Source of the DNA: Bacillus subtilis subsp. subtilis str. 168
GTDB taxonomy: Bacteria > Bacillota > Bacilli > Bacillales > Bacillaceae
Direction of reading: 5' to 3'
NCBI RefSeq assembly: GCF_000009045.1
Contig: NC_000964.3
Location: forward strand, 806,001-870,000
Length of the DNA: 64,000 bases
Program-made: the position numbers and the translations under genes
Shown here: positions 28,383 through 38,769 of the stretch, piece after piece
Layout of the letters: every line of letters starts with the position of its first letter
How positions within the stretch are numbered: position 1 is the stretch's first letter
Notes under the pieces: generated by a model
Database searches by the model: none
The model's input: the letters and a program-made list of their open reading frames with translations, nothing else
What the model was told of the DNA's origin: nothing

Positions 28383-29684
28383 GTGTTAGCAATCTTAGGC
28401 TTTCTCATGATGCTTGTGTTTATGGCATTGATCATGACAAAACGGCTTTCTGTTTTAACAGCATTAGTTTTGACGCCGATTGTGTTTGCGCTTATCGCCG
28501 GATTTGGATTTACTGAAGTTGGGGACATGATGATTTCGGGGATTCAGCAAGTCGCGCCGACTGCGGTCATGATTATGTTTGCGATCTTATATTTTGGAAT
28601 TATGATTGATACAGGCCTGTTTGATCCAATGGTTGGCAAAATTTTAAGCATGGTCAAAGGAGACCCTTTAAAAATTGTTGTCGGGACAGCGGTTCTTACA
28701 ATGCTCGTCGCCTTGGACGGAGATGGCTCGACAACGTACATGATTACGACAAGCGCCATGCTTCCGCTCTATTTGCTGCTAGGCATCCGGCCAATTATCT
28801 TGGCAGGAATCGCGGGAGTCGGCATGGGAATCATGAACACGATTCCATGGGGAGGTGCGACGCCGAGGGCGGCGAGTGCGCTGGGGGTTGATCCAGCTGA
28901 GCTTACAGGGCCGATGATTCCTGTCATTGCAAGCGGGATGCTTTGTATGGTGGCAGTTGCGTATGTGCTTGGAAAAGCGGAACGAAAGCGCCTTGGTGTG
29001 ATTGAACTGAAACAGCCAGCCAATGCCAATGAACCGGCTGCTGCGGTTGAAGATGAGTGGAAGCGGCCGAAGCTTTGGTGGTTCAATTTATTGTTAACGC
29101 TTTCTTTAATAGGATGTTTAGTATCGGGTAAAGTCAGTTTAACCGTACTGTTTGTCATTGCGTTTTGTATTGCGCTGATTGTGAATTATCCCAATCTCGA
29201 GCATCAGAGACAGCGCATCGCGGCGCATTCCAGCAACGTGCTGGCTATCGGTTCAATGATTTTTGCTGCGGGGGTGTTCACGGGGATTTTGACAGGCACG
29301 AAAATGGTTGATGAAATGGCGATCTCGCTCGTGTCCATGATACCGGAACAAATGGGCGGATTGATCCCGGCGATTGTTGCCTTAACAAGCGGCATTTTCA
29401 CATTTTTGATGCCGAATGACGCGTATTTCTACGGGGTGCTGCCGATTTTATCAGAAACAGCTGTCGCATACGGTGTGGATAAAGTGGAAATTGCCAGAGC
29501 CTCTATTATCGGCCAGCCGATTCATATGCTGAGTCCGCTTGTGCCATCCACTCATTTGCTTGTCGGACTCGTCGGAGTTTCTATTGATGACCATCAAAAA
29601 TTCGCATTGAAATGGGCGGTTCTCGCAGTGATCGTCATGACGGCTATCGCTCTATTGATCGGTGCGATCTCTATTTCCGTATGA
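28383..29684 (+). CDS. citM: Mg2+-citrate transporter (CitMHS), 433 aa
   Basis: LDGDGSTT, NTIPWGGATPRA, NDAYFYGVLP; GTG start after GGGGGA. Confidence 0.95.
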   Translation: MLAILGFLMMLVFMALIMTKRLSVLTALVLTPIVFALIAGFGFTEVGDMMISGIQQVAPTAVMIMFAILYFGIMIDTGLFDPMVGKILSMVKGDPLKIVVGTAVLTMLVALDGDGSTTYMITTSAMLPLYLLLGIRPIILAGIAGVGMGIMNTIPWGGATPRAASALGVDPAELTGPMIPVIASGMLCMVAVAYVLGKAERKRLGVIELKQPANANEPAAAVEDEWKRPKLWWFNLLLTLSLIGCLVSGKVSLTVLFVIAFCIALIVNYPNLEHQRQRIAAHSSNVLAIGSMIFAAGVFTGILTGTKMVDEMAISLVSMIPEQMGGLIPAIVALTSGIFTFLMPNDAYFYGVLPILSETAVAYGVDKVEIARASIIGQPIHMLSPLVPSTHLLVGLVGVSIDDHQKFALKWAVLAVIVMTAIALLIGAISISV

Positions 29685-29739
29685 TAATTCAGGCGTAATG
29701 ACACACACTAACGGCATACAACATTCCGGAGGTGTCATT

Positions 29740-30534
29740 ATGAGTGATCCTTATATGCCGCTGACTTCAGTCAGAAGCGGAGCGGGGTTCGAAGCGGCAA
29801 AAGGGGTGCACGGCCTGACTGTGCAAATTGCGAATGTCTATTTTATTCAGCTGCCTTCTGAACCTCACTCATTTGTTTTAATTGATGCCGGCATGCCCCA
29901 ATCAGCCGGCGTGATTGTCAATGAAGCCAAACAAAGATTCGGTGAAGGGTTTCAGCTGAAGGCGATTATCCTCACACACGGGCACTTTGACCATATTGGG
30001 GCAATCGAAGAGATCCTTGAGCATTGGGATGTGCCTGTTTATATCCATTCTCGGGAAATGCCTTATGTAACAGGTAAAGAGGATTATCCTCCGGCTCGTC
30101 CTGACAGCAAGAGCGGGCTGGTCGCTAAGCTGTCGCCGCTGTTTCCGCGGCACTCTATCGATATTTCCTCACATGTCCAGGCACTGCCGGAAGACGGTTC
30201 AGTTCCTTTTCTTGACGAGTGGATGTGGATCGCGACACCAGGACACACGCCGGGCCATATTTCGTTATTCCGCGATGACGGCCGCGTGCTTGTGGCAGGT
30301 GATGCTGTTATTACAGTGGAACAGGAGAAAATGGCTGACGTCTTGATACAAAAACAGGAGCTTCACGGGCCGCCGGCTTATTTCACGCCTGACACAGAGA
30401 CGGCCGCTGAGTCCATTCTAAAGCTGGCCGGTCTTGAACCGGAAGCGTTATTGACCGGGCACGGCATACCGATGACCGGCAAAAACTTTCGAAGTGACTT
30501 AACTGAATTGGCAAATCGGTTATCGTCTATTTGA
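29740..30534 (+). CDS. yflN: Metallo-beta-lactamase-fold hydrolase, 264 aa
   Basis: THGHFDHIG, TPGHTPGH, GDA, GHG; RBS GGAGGTG. Confidence 0.92.
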   Translation: MSDPYMPLTSVRSGAGFEAAKGVHGLTVQIANVYFIQLPSEPHSFVLIDAGMPQSAGVIVNEAKQRFGEGFQLKAIILTHGHFDHIGAIEEILEHWDVPVYIHSREMPYVTGKEDYPPARPDSKSGLVAKLSPLFPRHSIDISSHVQALPEDGSVPFLDEWMWIATPGHTPGHISLFRDDGRVLVAGDAVITVEQEKMADVLIQKQELHGPPAYFTPDTETAAESILKLAGLEPEALLTGHGIPMTGKNFRSDLTELANRLSSI

Positions 30535-30559
30535 CACCCGCACCACGCGGGTGTTTTTT
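30534..30559 (+). terminator. Intrinsic terminator after yflN
   Basis: ACACCCGC / GCGGGTGT followed by T run. Confidence 0.8.
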
Positions 30560-30652
30560 ATTGTTTTCCAGGAAGTTGCAGAAAAATCATTTGTCTTGCC
30601 GCTTAAAAACGATACAATGAAAAGCATGAAGTGATGTGAAGGGGAGAGTTTG

Positions 30653-31744
30653 TTGGAAGAAAAAGAAATACTCTGGAACGAAGCGAAAGCGTTTATTGCC
30701 GCATGCTATCAGGAATTGGGAAAGGAGGAGGAAGTGAAAGACCGTCTCGCGGACATTAAAAGTGAAATTGACCTGACCGGAAGCTATGTACATACGAAGG
30801 AAGAGCTGGAGCACGGAGCGAAAATGGCTTGGAGAAACAGCAACCGCTGCATCGGCAGATTGTTCTGGAATTCGCTGAATGTTATCGACAGACGAGACGT
30901 CCGGACGAAGGAGGAAGTGCGTGATGCCCTCTTTCACCATATTGAAACCGCCACCAATAACGGGAAAATCAGACCGACCATTACGATTTTCCCTCCGGAA
31001 GAGAAGGGTGAAAAGCAAGTCGAGATCTGGAATCATCAGCTGATCCGGTACGCTGGATATGAGTCAGACGGAGAAAGAATCGGCGACCCGGCTTCCTGTT
31101 CCCTGACAGCAGCCTGCGAAGAGCTCGGCTGGCGCGGAGAGCGAACGGATTTTGACCTGCTGCCGCTCATTTTTCGCATGAAAGGGGACGAGCAGCCTGT
31201 CTGGTATGAGCTGCCGCGTTCACTTGTGATTGAGGTTCCAATCACACATCCGGACATCGAGGCGTTTTCTGATTTGGAGCTGAAGTGGTACGGCGTGCCT
31301 ATTATTTCTGATATGAAGCTTGAGGTCGGGGGCATTCATTATAATGCCGCGCCATTTAACGGCTGGTATATGGGCACGGAGATCGGAGCGAGAAACCTCG
31401 CAGATGAAAAGCGGTACGACAAGCTCAAAAAAGTAGCGTCCGTGATCGGCATCGCCGCTGATTACAATACGGATTTATGGAAGGATCAAGCGCTAGTTGA
31501 ATTGAATAAAGCTGTGCTGCACTCGTATAAAAAGCAGGGTGTCAGCATCGTTGACCATCATACAGCGGCAAGCCAGTTTAAACGGTTTGAAGAACAGGAG
31601 GAAGAAGCGGGCAGAAAGCTGACGGGGGACTGGACGTGGCTGATTCCGCCAATTTCACCCGCTGCCACTCATATCTTCCACCGCTCCTATGATAACTCAA
31701 TCGTTAAGCCGAACTATTTTTATCAAGATAAGCCTTATGAGTAA
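30653..31744 (+). CDS. nos: Bacterial nitric oxide synthase oxygenase domain, 363 aa
   Basis: [11 protein letters not shown] heme-thiolate motif, [26 protein letters not shown]. Confidence 0.97.
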
Positions 31745-32010
31745 ACAATAGAAAATCGATGATGGCCTTCAAGGCTGCGGGATTCAGTCACAGAGATGTC
31801 GGTAACCTTTGAGAAAGGGCTTCCGTTCTTTACAGCCTCAACAAACGATTGCAGGGCGTTTTCCGGACCCTCTGCCAAAATCTCGACACGCCCGTCATCA
31901 CGGTTTTTGACCCAGCCGGCCAGTTTTCGCTTATCAGCTTCCATTTGAACAAAATAGCGAAAGCCCACACCTTGAACCCGGCCGTCTACAATGATTCGGT
32001 ATTGAAGCAT
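31735..32010 (-). CDS. acyP: Acylphosphatase, 91 aa
   Basis: GRVQGVGFR and [12 protein letters not shown] signatures (yflL). Confidence 0.95.
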
Positions 32011-32076
32011 GTAAAAACCACCTTTTCTTTTTATGATAATCAATCATTTTACAACCTGTAAAGGGGATGTGTTTGT

Positions 32077-32742
32077 ATGAAACAAGAGCGCTATTCAGTT
32101 CTTTCTCTTAATCTGGGAAAACCGCAGACGCTTGAATATGACGGAAAGAAAATCGAAACCGGCATCATGAAGCGGCCGGCTAAATCAGCCGTCATGCTGT
32201 ATCGGGAGAATTTTGAAGGAGACGGACAGGCGGACCTCGTCAACCACGGCGGACCTGATAAGGCTGTCTGTGTCTACCCGGCGGAGCATTATCCGTTTTG
32301 GGAAGAGTTCCTCTCAAGACCGCTGTCAAATGCCGCATTTGGAGAAAATCTGACGGTCGCGGGCCTGACTGAGGAGAATGTTTGCATCGGGGATGTGTTC
32401 AGACTTGATGAAGCTGTTGTTCAGGTCAGCCAGCCGCGCCAGCCGTGTGTAAAGCTGGCGAAAAAGTTTGGTGTAAAAGAAATGGTGCTGAAGGTCCAGC
32501 AAACCGGCTATACAGGGTTTTATTTTCGCGTGCTGGAGGAGGGCAGGGTGTCTCCCGGCGCGAACCTTGAATTGCTGTCCAGAGGAGAGAAAGGCATATC
32601 CGTCCAGTTCGCGAACCGCATCAACTACCATGATGCAAAAAATCTCACCGCCATTGAACGGATTTTAAGTGAGGCTGCACTATCGGAAAGCTGGAGAGCG
32701 TCCTTTATGAAAAAAAAGGACAGGCTGCTGCCGGTTGAATAG
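32077..32742 (+). CDS. yflK: MOSC-domain protein (YiiM-like), 221 aa
   Basis: GDGQAD, HGGPDKAV, AFGENL, VSQPRQPC, GFYFRVLEEG. Confidence 0.92.
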   Translation: MKQERYSVLSLNLGKPQTLEYDGKKIETGIMKRPAKSAVMLYRENFEGDGQADLVNHGGPDKAVCVYPAEHYPFWEEFLSRPLSNAAFGENLTVAGLTEENVCIGDVFRLDEAVVQVSQPRQPCVKLAKKFGVKEMVLKVQQTGYTGFYFRVLEEGRVSPGANLELLSRGEKGISVQFANRINYHDAKNLTAIERILSEAALSESWRASFMKKKDRLLPVE

Positions 32743-32775
32743 AAAAAAGCCGCGCATATCAACGTGCGCGGCTTT
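32743..32775. terminator. Terminator between yflK and yflJ
   Basis: AAAGCCGCGCA / TGCGCGGCTTT. Confidence 0.75.
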
Positions 32776-32782
32776 GCCATAT

Positions 32783-32920
32783 TTAAGATTGTTTTTTCTT
32801 TGATTCAAGCAGGTTGGCAAGAAAATAGGTTTTATAGCTTTGAAGCTTTCTTCCTTCATGGTGCGTGATCCCCTGCTTTTTTAGTTCTGCCACATACCAG
32901 CCTTTACTGCCGTAATGCAT
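32783..32920 (-). CDS. yflJ: Small basic protein, 45 aa, MHYGSKGWYVAELKKQGITHHEGRKLQSYKTYFLANLLESKKKQS (not in ORF track)
   Basis: RBS GGGAAAGGAG before ATG 32920; TAA at 32783-32785. Confidence 0.85.
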   Translation of the reverse strand: MHYGSKGWYVAELKKQGITHHEGRKLQSYKTYFLANLLESKKKQS

Positions 32921-33076
32921 GTCAGAAAACTCCTTTCCCTATCTGATTTCGAAACGATTGGCATTGTAACATCTATAAAAAGATGCTGAAAAGAGATGCG
33001 GGGAAAACTGAGCCTTTCGCACTAGATGTACGAATGTTCTTCTGAATGTATATGCGGAGCAAAAGCCGAATATGAT

Positions 33077-33232
33077 TTAATGGCCGGTTAGTTTGATCAT
33101 GACAACGCCAAATGTCATAATGGCGAAAACAATGCCGATATATGTGAGCATCCCGTTTTTTTTCTTAACGCCGTAAACGGTCATAATGATGCCTTCAATG
33201 AAAAAAATGATGCCGAAAATAATAAACCACAT
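33077..33232 (-). CDS. yflI: Small two-TM membrane protein, 51 aa
   Basis: RBS AAAGGAG; [14 protein letters not shown]... Confidence 0.8.
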
Positions 33233-33304
33233 GCAGATAAAGGCTCCTTTCACAGACATAATAGTAGTGTAGCATATCTGAAAGAGCCGGGCTGTGACAA
33301 TATC

Positions 33305-33332
33305 AAGAAAGCCGGGCGCATATCGCCCGGCT
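33305..33332 (-). terminator. Terminator after yflH
   Basis: AGCCGGGCG / CGCCCGGCT; TTTCTT tail on the minus strand. Confidence 0.65.
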
Positions 33333-33338
33333 CATGTT

Positions 33339-33653
33339 TTATTGTTTATCAACCAATTTGACCAGAAGCTGTGCCAAATGTTCTTTCTCATCTTCGTCTG
33401 CAACGCTCCAAAGCTCTTGCAGCAGCATTTCTTCACCGTTTTGCGGCTCTTCATGCTTTGCGAGGTAGTCTCCCAGGATCGCAGCGCTTTTTACAAGCTT
33501 GCCGTCATCCAATCCCAGCTTTTTGCCTCGGTTGACTTGTTTTTTCAGGTAGCCTTTAAATTCCTCAAAGTCTTTTAAAATGTCTTCTTTTATTGTGCCA
33601 TGCATCGCGTTCATTTCGTTTTCAATTTGGATTTTTTCTTGATCTCTGTTCAT
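33339..33653 (-). CDS. yflH: Uncharacterised protein, 104 aa
   Basis: RBS GAGGAGG; MNRDQEKIQIENE...EEMLLQELWSVADEDEKEHLA. Confidence 0.88.
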   Translation of the reverse strand: MNRDQEKIQIENEMNAMHGTIKEDILKDFEEFKGYLKKQVNRGKKLGLDDGKLVKSAAILGDYLAKHEEPQNGEEMLLQELWSVADEDEKEHLAQLLVKLVDKQ

Positions 33654-33734
33654 TGCAAGACCTCCTCGTACAGAATAATGATGCTTTACCTGCAATTGGA
33701 GGAGGTTAAACCTGCCGGAAGCCCGGAATGTGTT

Positions 33735-34484
33735 TTACAGTTTCGTCAGGATAATCGGTTCATCTTTTGTGATGACGATCGTGTGTTCAACTTGGGCAAC
33801 CATGCTTTTATCCGGCGTCTTGAACGTCCAGCCGTCTCCAGCTTCAACAATCGTTTCTGCTTTCGTTGAAATAAACGGTTCAAGCGCGATGACTGTGCCA
33901 TTTTTGAACAGCGCATTATCAAACGGATCATAATAGTTCATGATGTGGTTCGGCGCTTCATGCAGGCTTCGGCCGATTCCGTGGCCGGTCAGGGTTTTGA
34001 TGACGGTAAAGCCTTGAGAGCGTGCTTCATGATAAACGGCTCTTCCGATCTGGTTTTGGCGCTTGCCCGCTTTTGCCTGCTGAAGCCCCTTTTGAAAAGC
34101 GTTTTCCGCGCATTGGCAAAGCTTATGAAGGCGTTCTTCTCCTTCACCGAGCACAAATGAGATGCCTGTGTCGGAATAGAAGCCGCCAAATTCAGCGGAG
34201 ATGTCGATGTTGACAAGGTCCCCTGCTTTTAAAATTTTGGATGTGCTTGGTATGCCGTGAGCCACTTCATCATTTACGCTGATACATGTCACACCTGGAA
34301 AATCGTATTCCTTCTCAGGAGCTGAAACGGCGCCGTGCTCATCAAGCACAGCTTTTCCGATAAGGTCAAGGTCTTTTGTGCTCATGCCGGGCTCTGCCTT
34401 CCGCTTCATTTCTTCACGCGCAAGCGCGACGATTCTTCCGATTTTTTTCAGGCCTTCTAATTCTTGATCGTTTGTTACAATCAT
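33735..34484 (-). CDS. mapB: Methionine aminopeptidase type I, 249 aa
   Basis: CISVNDEVAHGIP, GDLVNID, DTG, GHGIG, IALEP, QVEHT (yflG). Confidence 0.95.
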   Translation of the reverse strand: MIVTNDQELEGLKKIGRIVALAREEMKRKAEPGMSTKDLDLIGKAVLDEHGAVSAPEKEYDFPGVTCISVNDEVAHGIPSTSKILKAGDLVNIDISAEFGGFYSDTGISFVLGEGEERLHKLCQCAENAFQKGLQQAKAGKRQNQIGRAVYHEARSQGFTVIKTLTGHGIGRSLHEAPNHIMNYYDPFDNALFKNGTVIALEPFISTKAETIVEAGDGWTFKTPDKSMVAQVEHTIVITKDEPIILTKL

Positions 34485-34589
34485 CTGTCATTCCCGCTTT
34501 CTTTTTAAATAATCTAGATTAAGCTTACCACAACTGTCTTAAAAATAGGAAACACACGGACCTGGGAAAAAAGAAATACCCCCGGGAAA

Positions 34590-34605
34590 ATTGGTATAGA
34601 TCACT
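34590..34605 (+). promoter_or_regulatory. NagR dre operator overlapping the nagP promoter
   Basis: ATTGGTATAGATCACT matches the dre pattern; overlaps TTGGTA-N17-TATATG. Confidence 0.78.
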
Positions 34606-34655
34606 AGATATCTTATATGGTATATTTGAAAAAAAAGGGTATGAGGGGGATGGGT

Positions 34656-36014
34656 ATGCTTTCATTTTTACAAAAACTCGGGAAGTCATTTATGCTCCCG
34701 ATTGCGGTTCTGCCTGCGGTTGGAATTATCCTTGCGCTTGGCAGAGAGGATGTATTTAATATCCCGTTTGTCTATCAGGCGGGGACGGCGGTTTTTGATC
34801 ATCTGCCGCTTATTTTTGCGATCGGTATTGCCATCGGCATTTCAAAAGACAGCAATGGGGCAGCGGGTTTATCAGGGGCGATATCGTATCTGATGCTTGA
34901 CGCGGCAACAAAGACAATTGATAAAACAAATAACATGGCGGTGTTTGGGGGAATTATTGCCGGTTTAATTGCCGGTTACACCTATAACCGCTTCAAGGAT
35001 ACCAAGCTGCCTGAATATCTCGGGTTCTTCAGTGGCAGACGGCTTGTGCCGATTTTAACAGCCATTATTACGATCATTTTAGCGGGCATATTCGGAGTGG
35101 TCTGGCCGCCGATTCAATCGTGTATCAACTCGTTTGGAGAGTGGATGCTCGGGCTCGGCGGCATCGGGGCAGGCATATTCGGCCTATTCAACAGGCTGTT
35201 AATTCCGCTTGGCCTTCACCATGTGCTGAACAATATTTTCTGGTTCCAATTCGGAGAATATAACGGAGTGACAGGGGATTTGGCGCGCTTTTTCGCGAAA
35301 GATCCGACTGCGGGCACATATATGACCGGATTTTTCCCAATCATGATGTTCGGTCTTCCGGCGGCGTGTCTGGCTATGGTTGTGACTGCGAAGCCGTCTA
35401 AACGGAAAGCGACGGCTGGAATGATGATTGGATTTGCTTTAACGGCGTTTATCACAGGGATTACGGAGCCGATTGAGTTTGCATTTATGTTTTTATCTCC
35501 GCTTTTATACGCTGTTCACGCGGTCTTAACCGGGTTATCTTTATTTATCGTCAACTGGCTCGGCATCCGCTCAGGCTTCTCTTTTTCAGCCGGAGCTATC
35601 GATTATGTGCTCAGCTATGGAATCGCGGAAAAACCGCTGCTTCTGCTTTTGGTAGGTATATGCTATGCGGCAGTATACTTTATCGTGTTTTATGTACTGA
35701 TTAAGGCTTTGAATTTAAAAACGCCTGGACGGGAAGACGATGATGTGGATGAAGTGCTGGATGAAAATACTGTTCAGGATGTAAATGAAAACATCATGCT
35801 GAAAGGGCTCGGCGGAAAAGAAAACCTTCAAACCATTGATCATTGCGCCACAAGGCTGCGACTGACTGTGAAGGATACCGCTTTGGTGGATGAAGCACTG
35901 CTAAAGAAAGCAGGCGCAAAAGGGGTTGTCAAATCGGGCGGGCAATCGGTTCAAGTCATTATTGGCCCGAATGTGGAATTTGCAGCTGAGGAATTGAGGG
36001 CTGCTGTCAAATAA
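34656..36014 (+). CDS. nagP: PTS N-acetylglucosamine EIICB, 452 aa
   Basis: LQKLGKSFMLPIAVLP, GITEPIEF, KTPGRE linker, EIIB CATRLR. Confidence 0.95.
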   Translation: MLSFLQKLGKSFMLPIAVLPAVGIILALGREDVFNIPFVYQAGTAVFDHLPLIFAIGIAIGISKDSNGAAGLSGAISYLMLDAATKTIDKTNNMAVFGGIIAGLIAGYTYNRFKDTKLPEYLGFFSGRRLVPILTAIITIILAGIFGVVWPPIQSCINSFGEWMLGLGGIGAGIFGLFNRLLIPLGLHHVLNNIFWFQFGEYNGVTGDLARFFAKDPTAGTYMTGFFPIMMFGLPAACLAMVVTAKPSKRKATAGMMIGFALTAFITGITEPIEFAFMFLSPLLYAVHAVLTGLSLFIVNWLGIRSGFSFSAGAIDYVLSYGIAEKPLLLLLVGICYAAVYFIVFYVLIKALNLKTPGREDDDVDEVLDENTVQDVNENIMLKGLGGKENLQTIDHCATRLRLTVKDTALVDEALLKKAGAKGVVKSGGQSVQVIIGPNVEFAAEELRAAVK

Positions 36015-36045
36015 AAAAGCGGAGAGGGCAACCTCTCCGCTTTTT
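36013..36045. terminator. Bidirectional terminator between nagP and ltaS
   Basis: AAAAAGCGGAGAGG / CCTCTCCGCTTTTT. Confidence 0.88.
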
Positions 36046-36046
36046 C

Positions 36047-37996
36047 TTATTTATCTTCGTTATCCTTTGACGTTTCGGAAGAATCTTCGTCATGTTTTGT
36101 GTAATCATAATCAGAAGGATTCACCTTCTTAAAACCTTTCGGCTCGTAGAACCGCAGCAGGTCTCCGTTTATGATTTTATCGGACATTTCAAGTTCCTTC
36201 TTGACGAGTGAGTCTTCTGACTTGTCGACTTCGGATTCATCGAGTTCTTTTCCGGTTTTCGTGTCGTAATACTTACCGGATATTTTCGTGTACTTCGGTG
36301 AAATAAAGTCTCCGTTTCGGAACGGAATCACTTCACGGTGTTCTTTCGATAAAATATCAGAACCGGACATCAGATAGTCCTTCGTATCCACTCCGAGCAG
36401 ATGCAGAATGGTAGGAGCCACATCAACGTCTCCGGCATATTTATGAACTTTCTCGCCCTTCACGCCGGCAGCGTGGATAAAGAGCGGCACCCGTTGAAGC
36501 TGGGCGTTGTCGTAATCAGTGATTTCATCCTTGCCAAGCACTTTCGCCATCGCTTTATTGTGGTTTTCAGAGATGCCGTAGTGGTCTCCGTACATCACAA
36601 TAATCGATTTATCATATAACCCGTCTTTTTTCAGATCATTGAAGAATTGTTCAATGGACTGATCAAGGTAATGGGCTGACTGGAAATAGTTATCGACGAC
36701 AGAGTCACCAAAGTCTCCAGCCGGGAAGTCTGTATCCCCCTCATCCATTCCGAATGGGAAGTGGTTGGAAAGGGTAATGAACTTCGTATAGAACGGCTGC
36801 GGCAGGCTTTCCAGCAGCGGCATTGATTCTTTGAAGAACGGTTTGTCTTTCATGCCGTAGTTTTTCGTGTTTTCTTCGTTCATGTCATAGTAAGCAGAAT
36901 CAAAGAATTTATCAATGCCTTCCGCCTTGTACATTTCGTTACGGTTCCAGAACGTCTGCGTGTTCCCGTGGAAAGTAGCAGATGTGTAATTCTTAGACTT
37001 CAGAATCGCCGGAACGGATTGCAGCGTGTTTTGCGCTTTGTTTACGAAAACTGAACCTTGAGCCAGCGGGTACAGAGAGTTTTCCATCATAAATTCAGCA
37101 TCAGATGTTTTACCTTGTCCCGTTTGGTGGAAAAAGTTATCAAAGTAGAACGTTTCGTTATCATGTGCCAGTTTATTTAAGAATGGTGTCACTTCTTTGC
37201 CGTCAATTTTATAGTCGATGATAAATGACTGCAAAGATTCAAGTGAAACGTAAATGACGTTTTTTCCTTCCGCTTTGCCGAAATACACGTTATTCGGCAC
37301 ATCGTAATTGGCTTTCATGTAGTTTTCTACTTCCGTTACGTCGCTGGAATCGGCAAGCGCGCGCTGGCTGTTGGACTTGATATTCTGTACAGCGTCATAA
37401 ATCGTGAAATTGTATGTTCCCAAGTATTTCACAAGATAGTTCCGGTCGAATGATCTTGTCAGCAATTCAGGACGGTCTGATTCCGCAACTGCCAGGTTGA
37501 TCAAGAACACAAGAATTGAAGACGCAAAAATAATTCGGAACGATTTTTTGCTTGACGTTTCGGCAGGCTTGTTTACTTTGATCGCCAAGATGATCAGGAT
37601 GATCGTATCGATAAAGTAAAAGGCGTCAGTCGGTCTCATCAGCGAAAATGCGCTGTCACCGAGTTGGCCGCCGTTTGTTTTAGCCTGCATAATGACCGGA
37701 ATTGTAATAAAATCATTGAAAAATCTGTAGTACACAATGTTGGCGTACAGTAAAAAAGACATTAAAAAATGAATCACTATAATGGCTGTCTGCTGTAATT
37801 TTTTCTTGAACAAGAGTCCAAAGCCAAGAAAGAACAAGCTTGAGCTAAGAGGATTCACAAAAAGCAATATTTTTTGTATCGTGTTGTCTATTCCTAAGTT
37901 GAAATTCAGGACATAACCGACATACGTTTTGATCCATAACAGGACGACCGCAATTAAGAAGAAGGCCAGTCCTCTTTCTTTTATAAATGTTTTCAT
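36047..37996 (-). CDS. ltaS: Lipoteichoic acid synthase, 649 aa
   Basis: Five N-terminal TMs, ALA cleavage site, LESLQ, GKTSDAEF (catalytic Thr), LSNHFP, YGDHYG (yflE). Confidence 0.96.
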   Translation of the reverse strand: MKTFIKERGLAFFLIAVVLLWIKTYVGYVLNFNLGIDNTIQKILLFVNPLSSSLFFLGFGLLFKKKLQQTAIIVIHFLMSFLLYANIVYYRFFNDFITIPVIMQAKTNGGQLGDSAFSLMRPTDAFYFIDTIILIILAIKVNKPAETSSKKSFRIIFASSILVFLINLAVAESDRPELLTRSFDRNYLVKYLGTYNFTIYDAVQNIKSNSQRALADSSDVTEVENYMKANYDVPNNVYFGKAEGKNVIYVSLESLQSFIIDYKIDGKEVTPFLNKLAHDNETFYFDNFFHQTGQGKTSDAEFMMENSLYPLAQGSVFVNKAQNTLQSVPAILKSKNYTSATFHGNTQTFWNRNEMYKAEGIDKFFDSAYYDMNEENTKNYGMKDKPFFKESMPLLESLPQPFYTKFITLSNHFPFGMDEGDTDFPAGDFGDSVVDNYFQSAHYLDQSIEQFFNDLKKDGLYDKSIIVMYGDHYGISENHNKAMAKVLGKDEITDYDNAQLQRVPLFIHAAGVKGEKVHKYAGDVDVAPTILHLLGVDTKDYLMSGSDILSKEHREVIPFRNGDFISPKYTKISGKYYDTKTGKELDESEVDKSEDSLVKKELEMSDKIINGDLLRFYEPKGFKKVNPSDYDYTKHDEDSSETSKDNEDK

Positions 37997-38249
37997 TGTT
38001 ACACTCCTTTTTTCCGATCCAGTTCGAGCGAAACGATAGAAAAAACGAACGTATCCAATATAACACGAATCAGCAGATTAGAAAAGTGAAAATCGTATGA
38101 GGGAGAAAGTGGCGAAAAACGCCGTCGAATCAACGTTTCGCTTTGATATTACCAAATGTAAAACAAGGTATCTTTCTAGAAATAAAGGAATAAAATGGTA
38201 CATTGAGAATTGTATGATAAAATATAAGGTATAGATAAAAAGAGGTGAA

Positions 38250-38645
38250 ATGATGGATTTTTCCCATATTGTGTCTGAAGATAAAATTAAGCGCGCCATC
38301 AAAGACGGGGACTTTCAAAACCTCCCGGGAATGGGGAAGCCGCTGCCGAAGGATGACGCGGCACACTTGCCGGAATCGCTGCGCATGGGCTATCGTATTT
38401 TGAAAAACGCGGGAATGGCAGAGGACGAGGGCGCGCTCAAAAAAGAGCTTATGACCATCGACCATTTAATCGAAAAGTGCTATGACGAAAAAGAACGCGA
38501 GCAATTAATCAGAAAAAAATCTGAAAAGCAATTGCTGCTTGATAAGCTTGTCGACAAAAAAGGCATGTTTTCAAAGCCAGCATCCGCTTTTTATAAGAAT
38601 AAAGTATATGACCGGCTTGGACGAAACAGACCTTCTTCCAGCTGA
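38250..38645 (+). CDS. yflB: DUF1992 / DnaJC28-like domain protein, about 130 aa
   Basis: EDKIKRAIKDGDFQNLPGMGKPL and RILKNAG motifs; RBS AGAGGTG. Confidence 0.85.
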   Translation: MMDFSHIVSEDKIKRAIKDGDFQNLPGMGKPLPKDDAAHLPESLRMGYRILKNAGMAEDEGALKKELMTIDHLIEKCYDEKEREQLIRKKSEKQLLLDKLVDKKGMFSKPASAFYKNKVYDRLGRNRPSSS

Positions 38646-38659
38646 TTTGTCTTGTCTGC

Positions 38660-38690
38660 AGGATGGCGATTGATAAAAGCCATCCTTTTT
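38660..38690 (+). terminator. Intrinsic terminator after yflB
   Basis: AGGATGGC / GCCATCCT followed by T run. Confidence 0.75.
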
Positions 38691-38769
38691 ATGTTCCAAG
38701 TTCTATGTCAAAAGGTTTATGTTTTTCCATCTATGGGAAATGATTCATAAACGAAAAAAGGGTGATGGG

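Noticed and set aside
38097-38234. 45-codon ORF MREKVAKNAV... (yflD-like call)
   Set aside because: Weak RBS, lies in the ltaS/yflB divergent promoter region; cannot support it as coding, though not excluded
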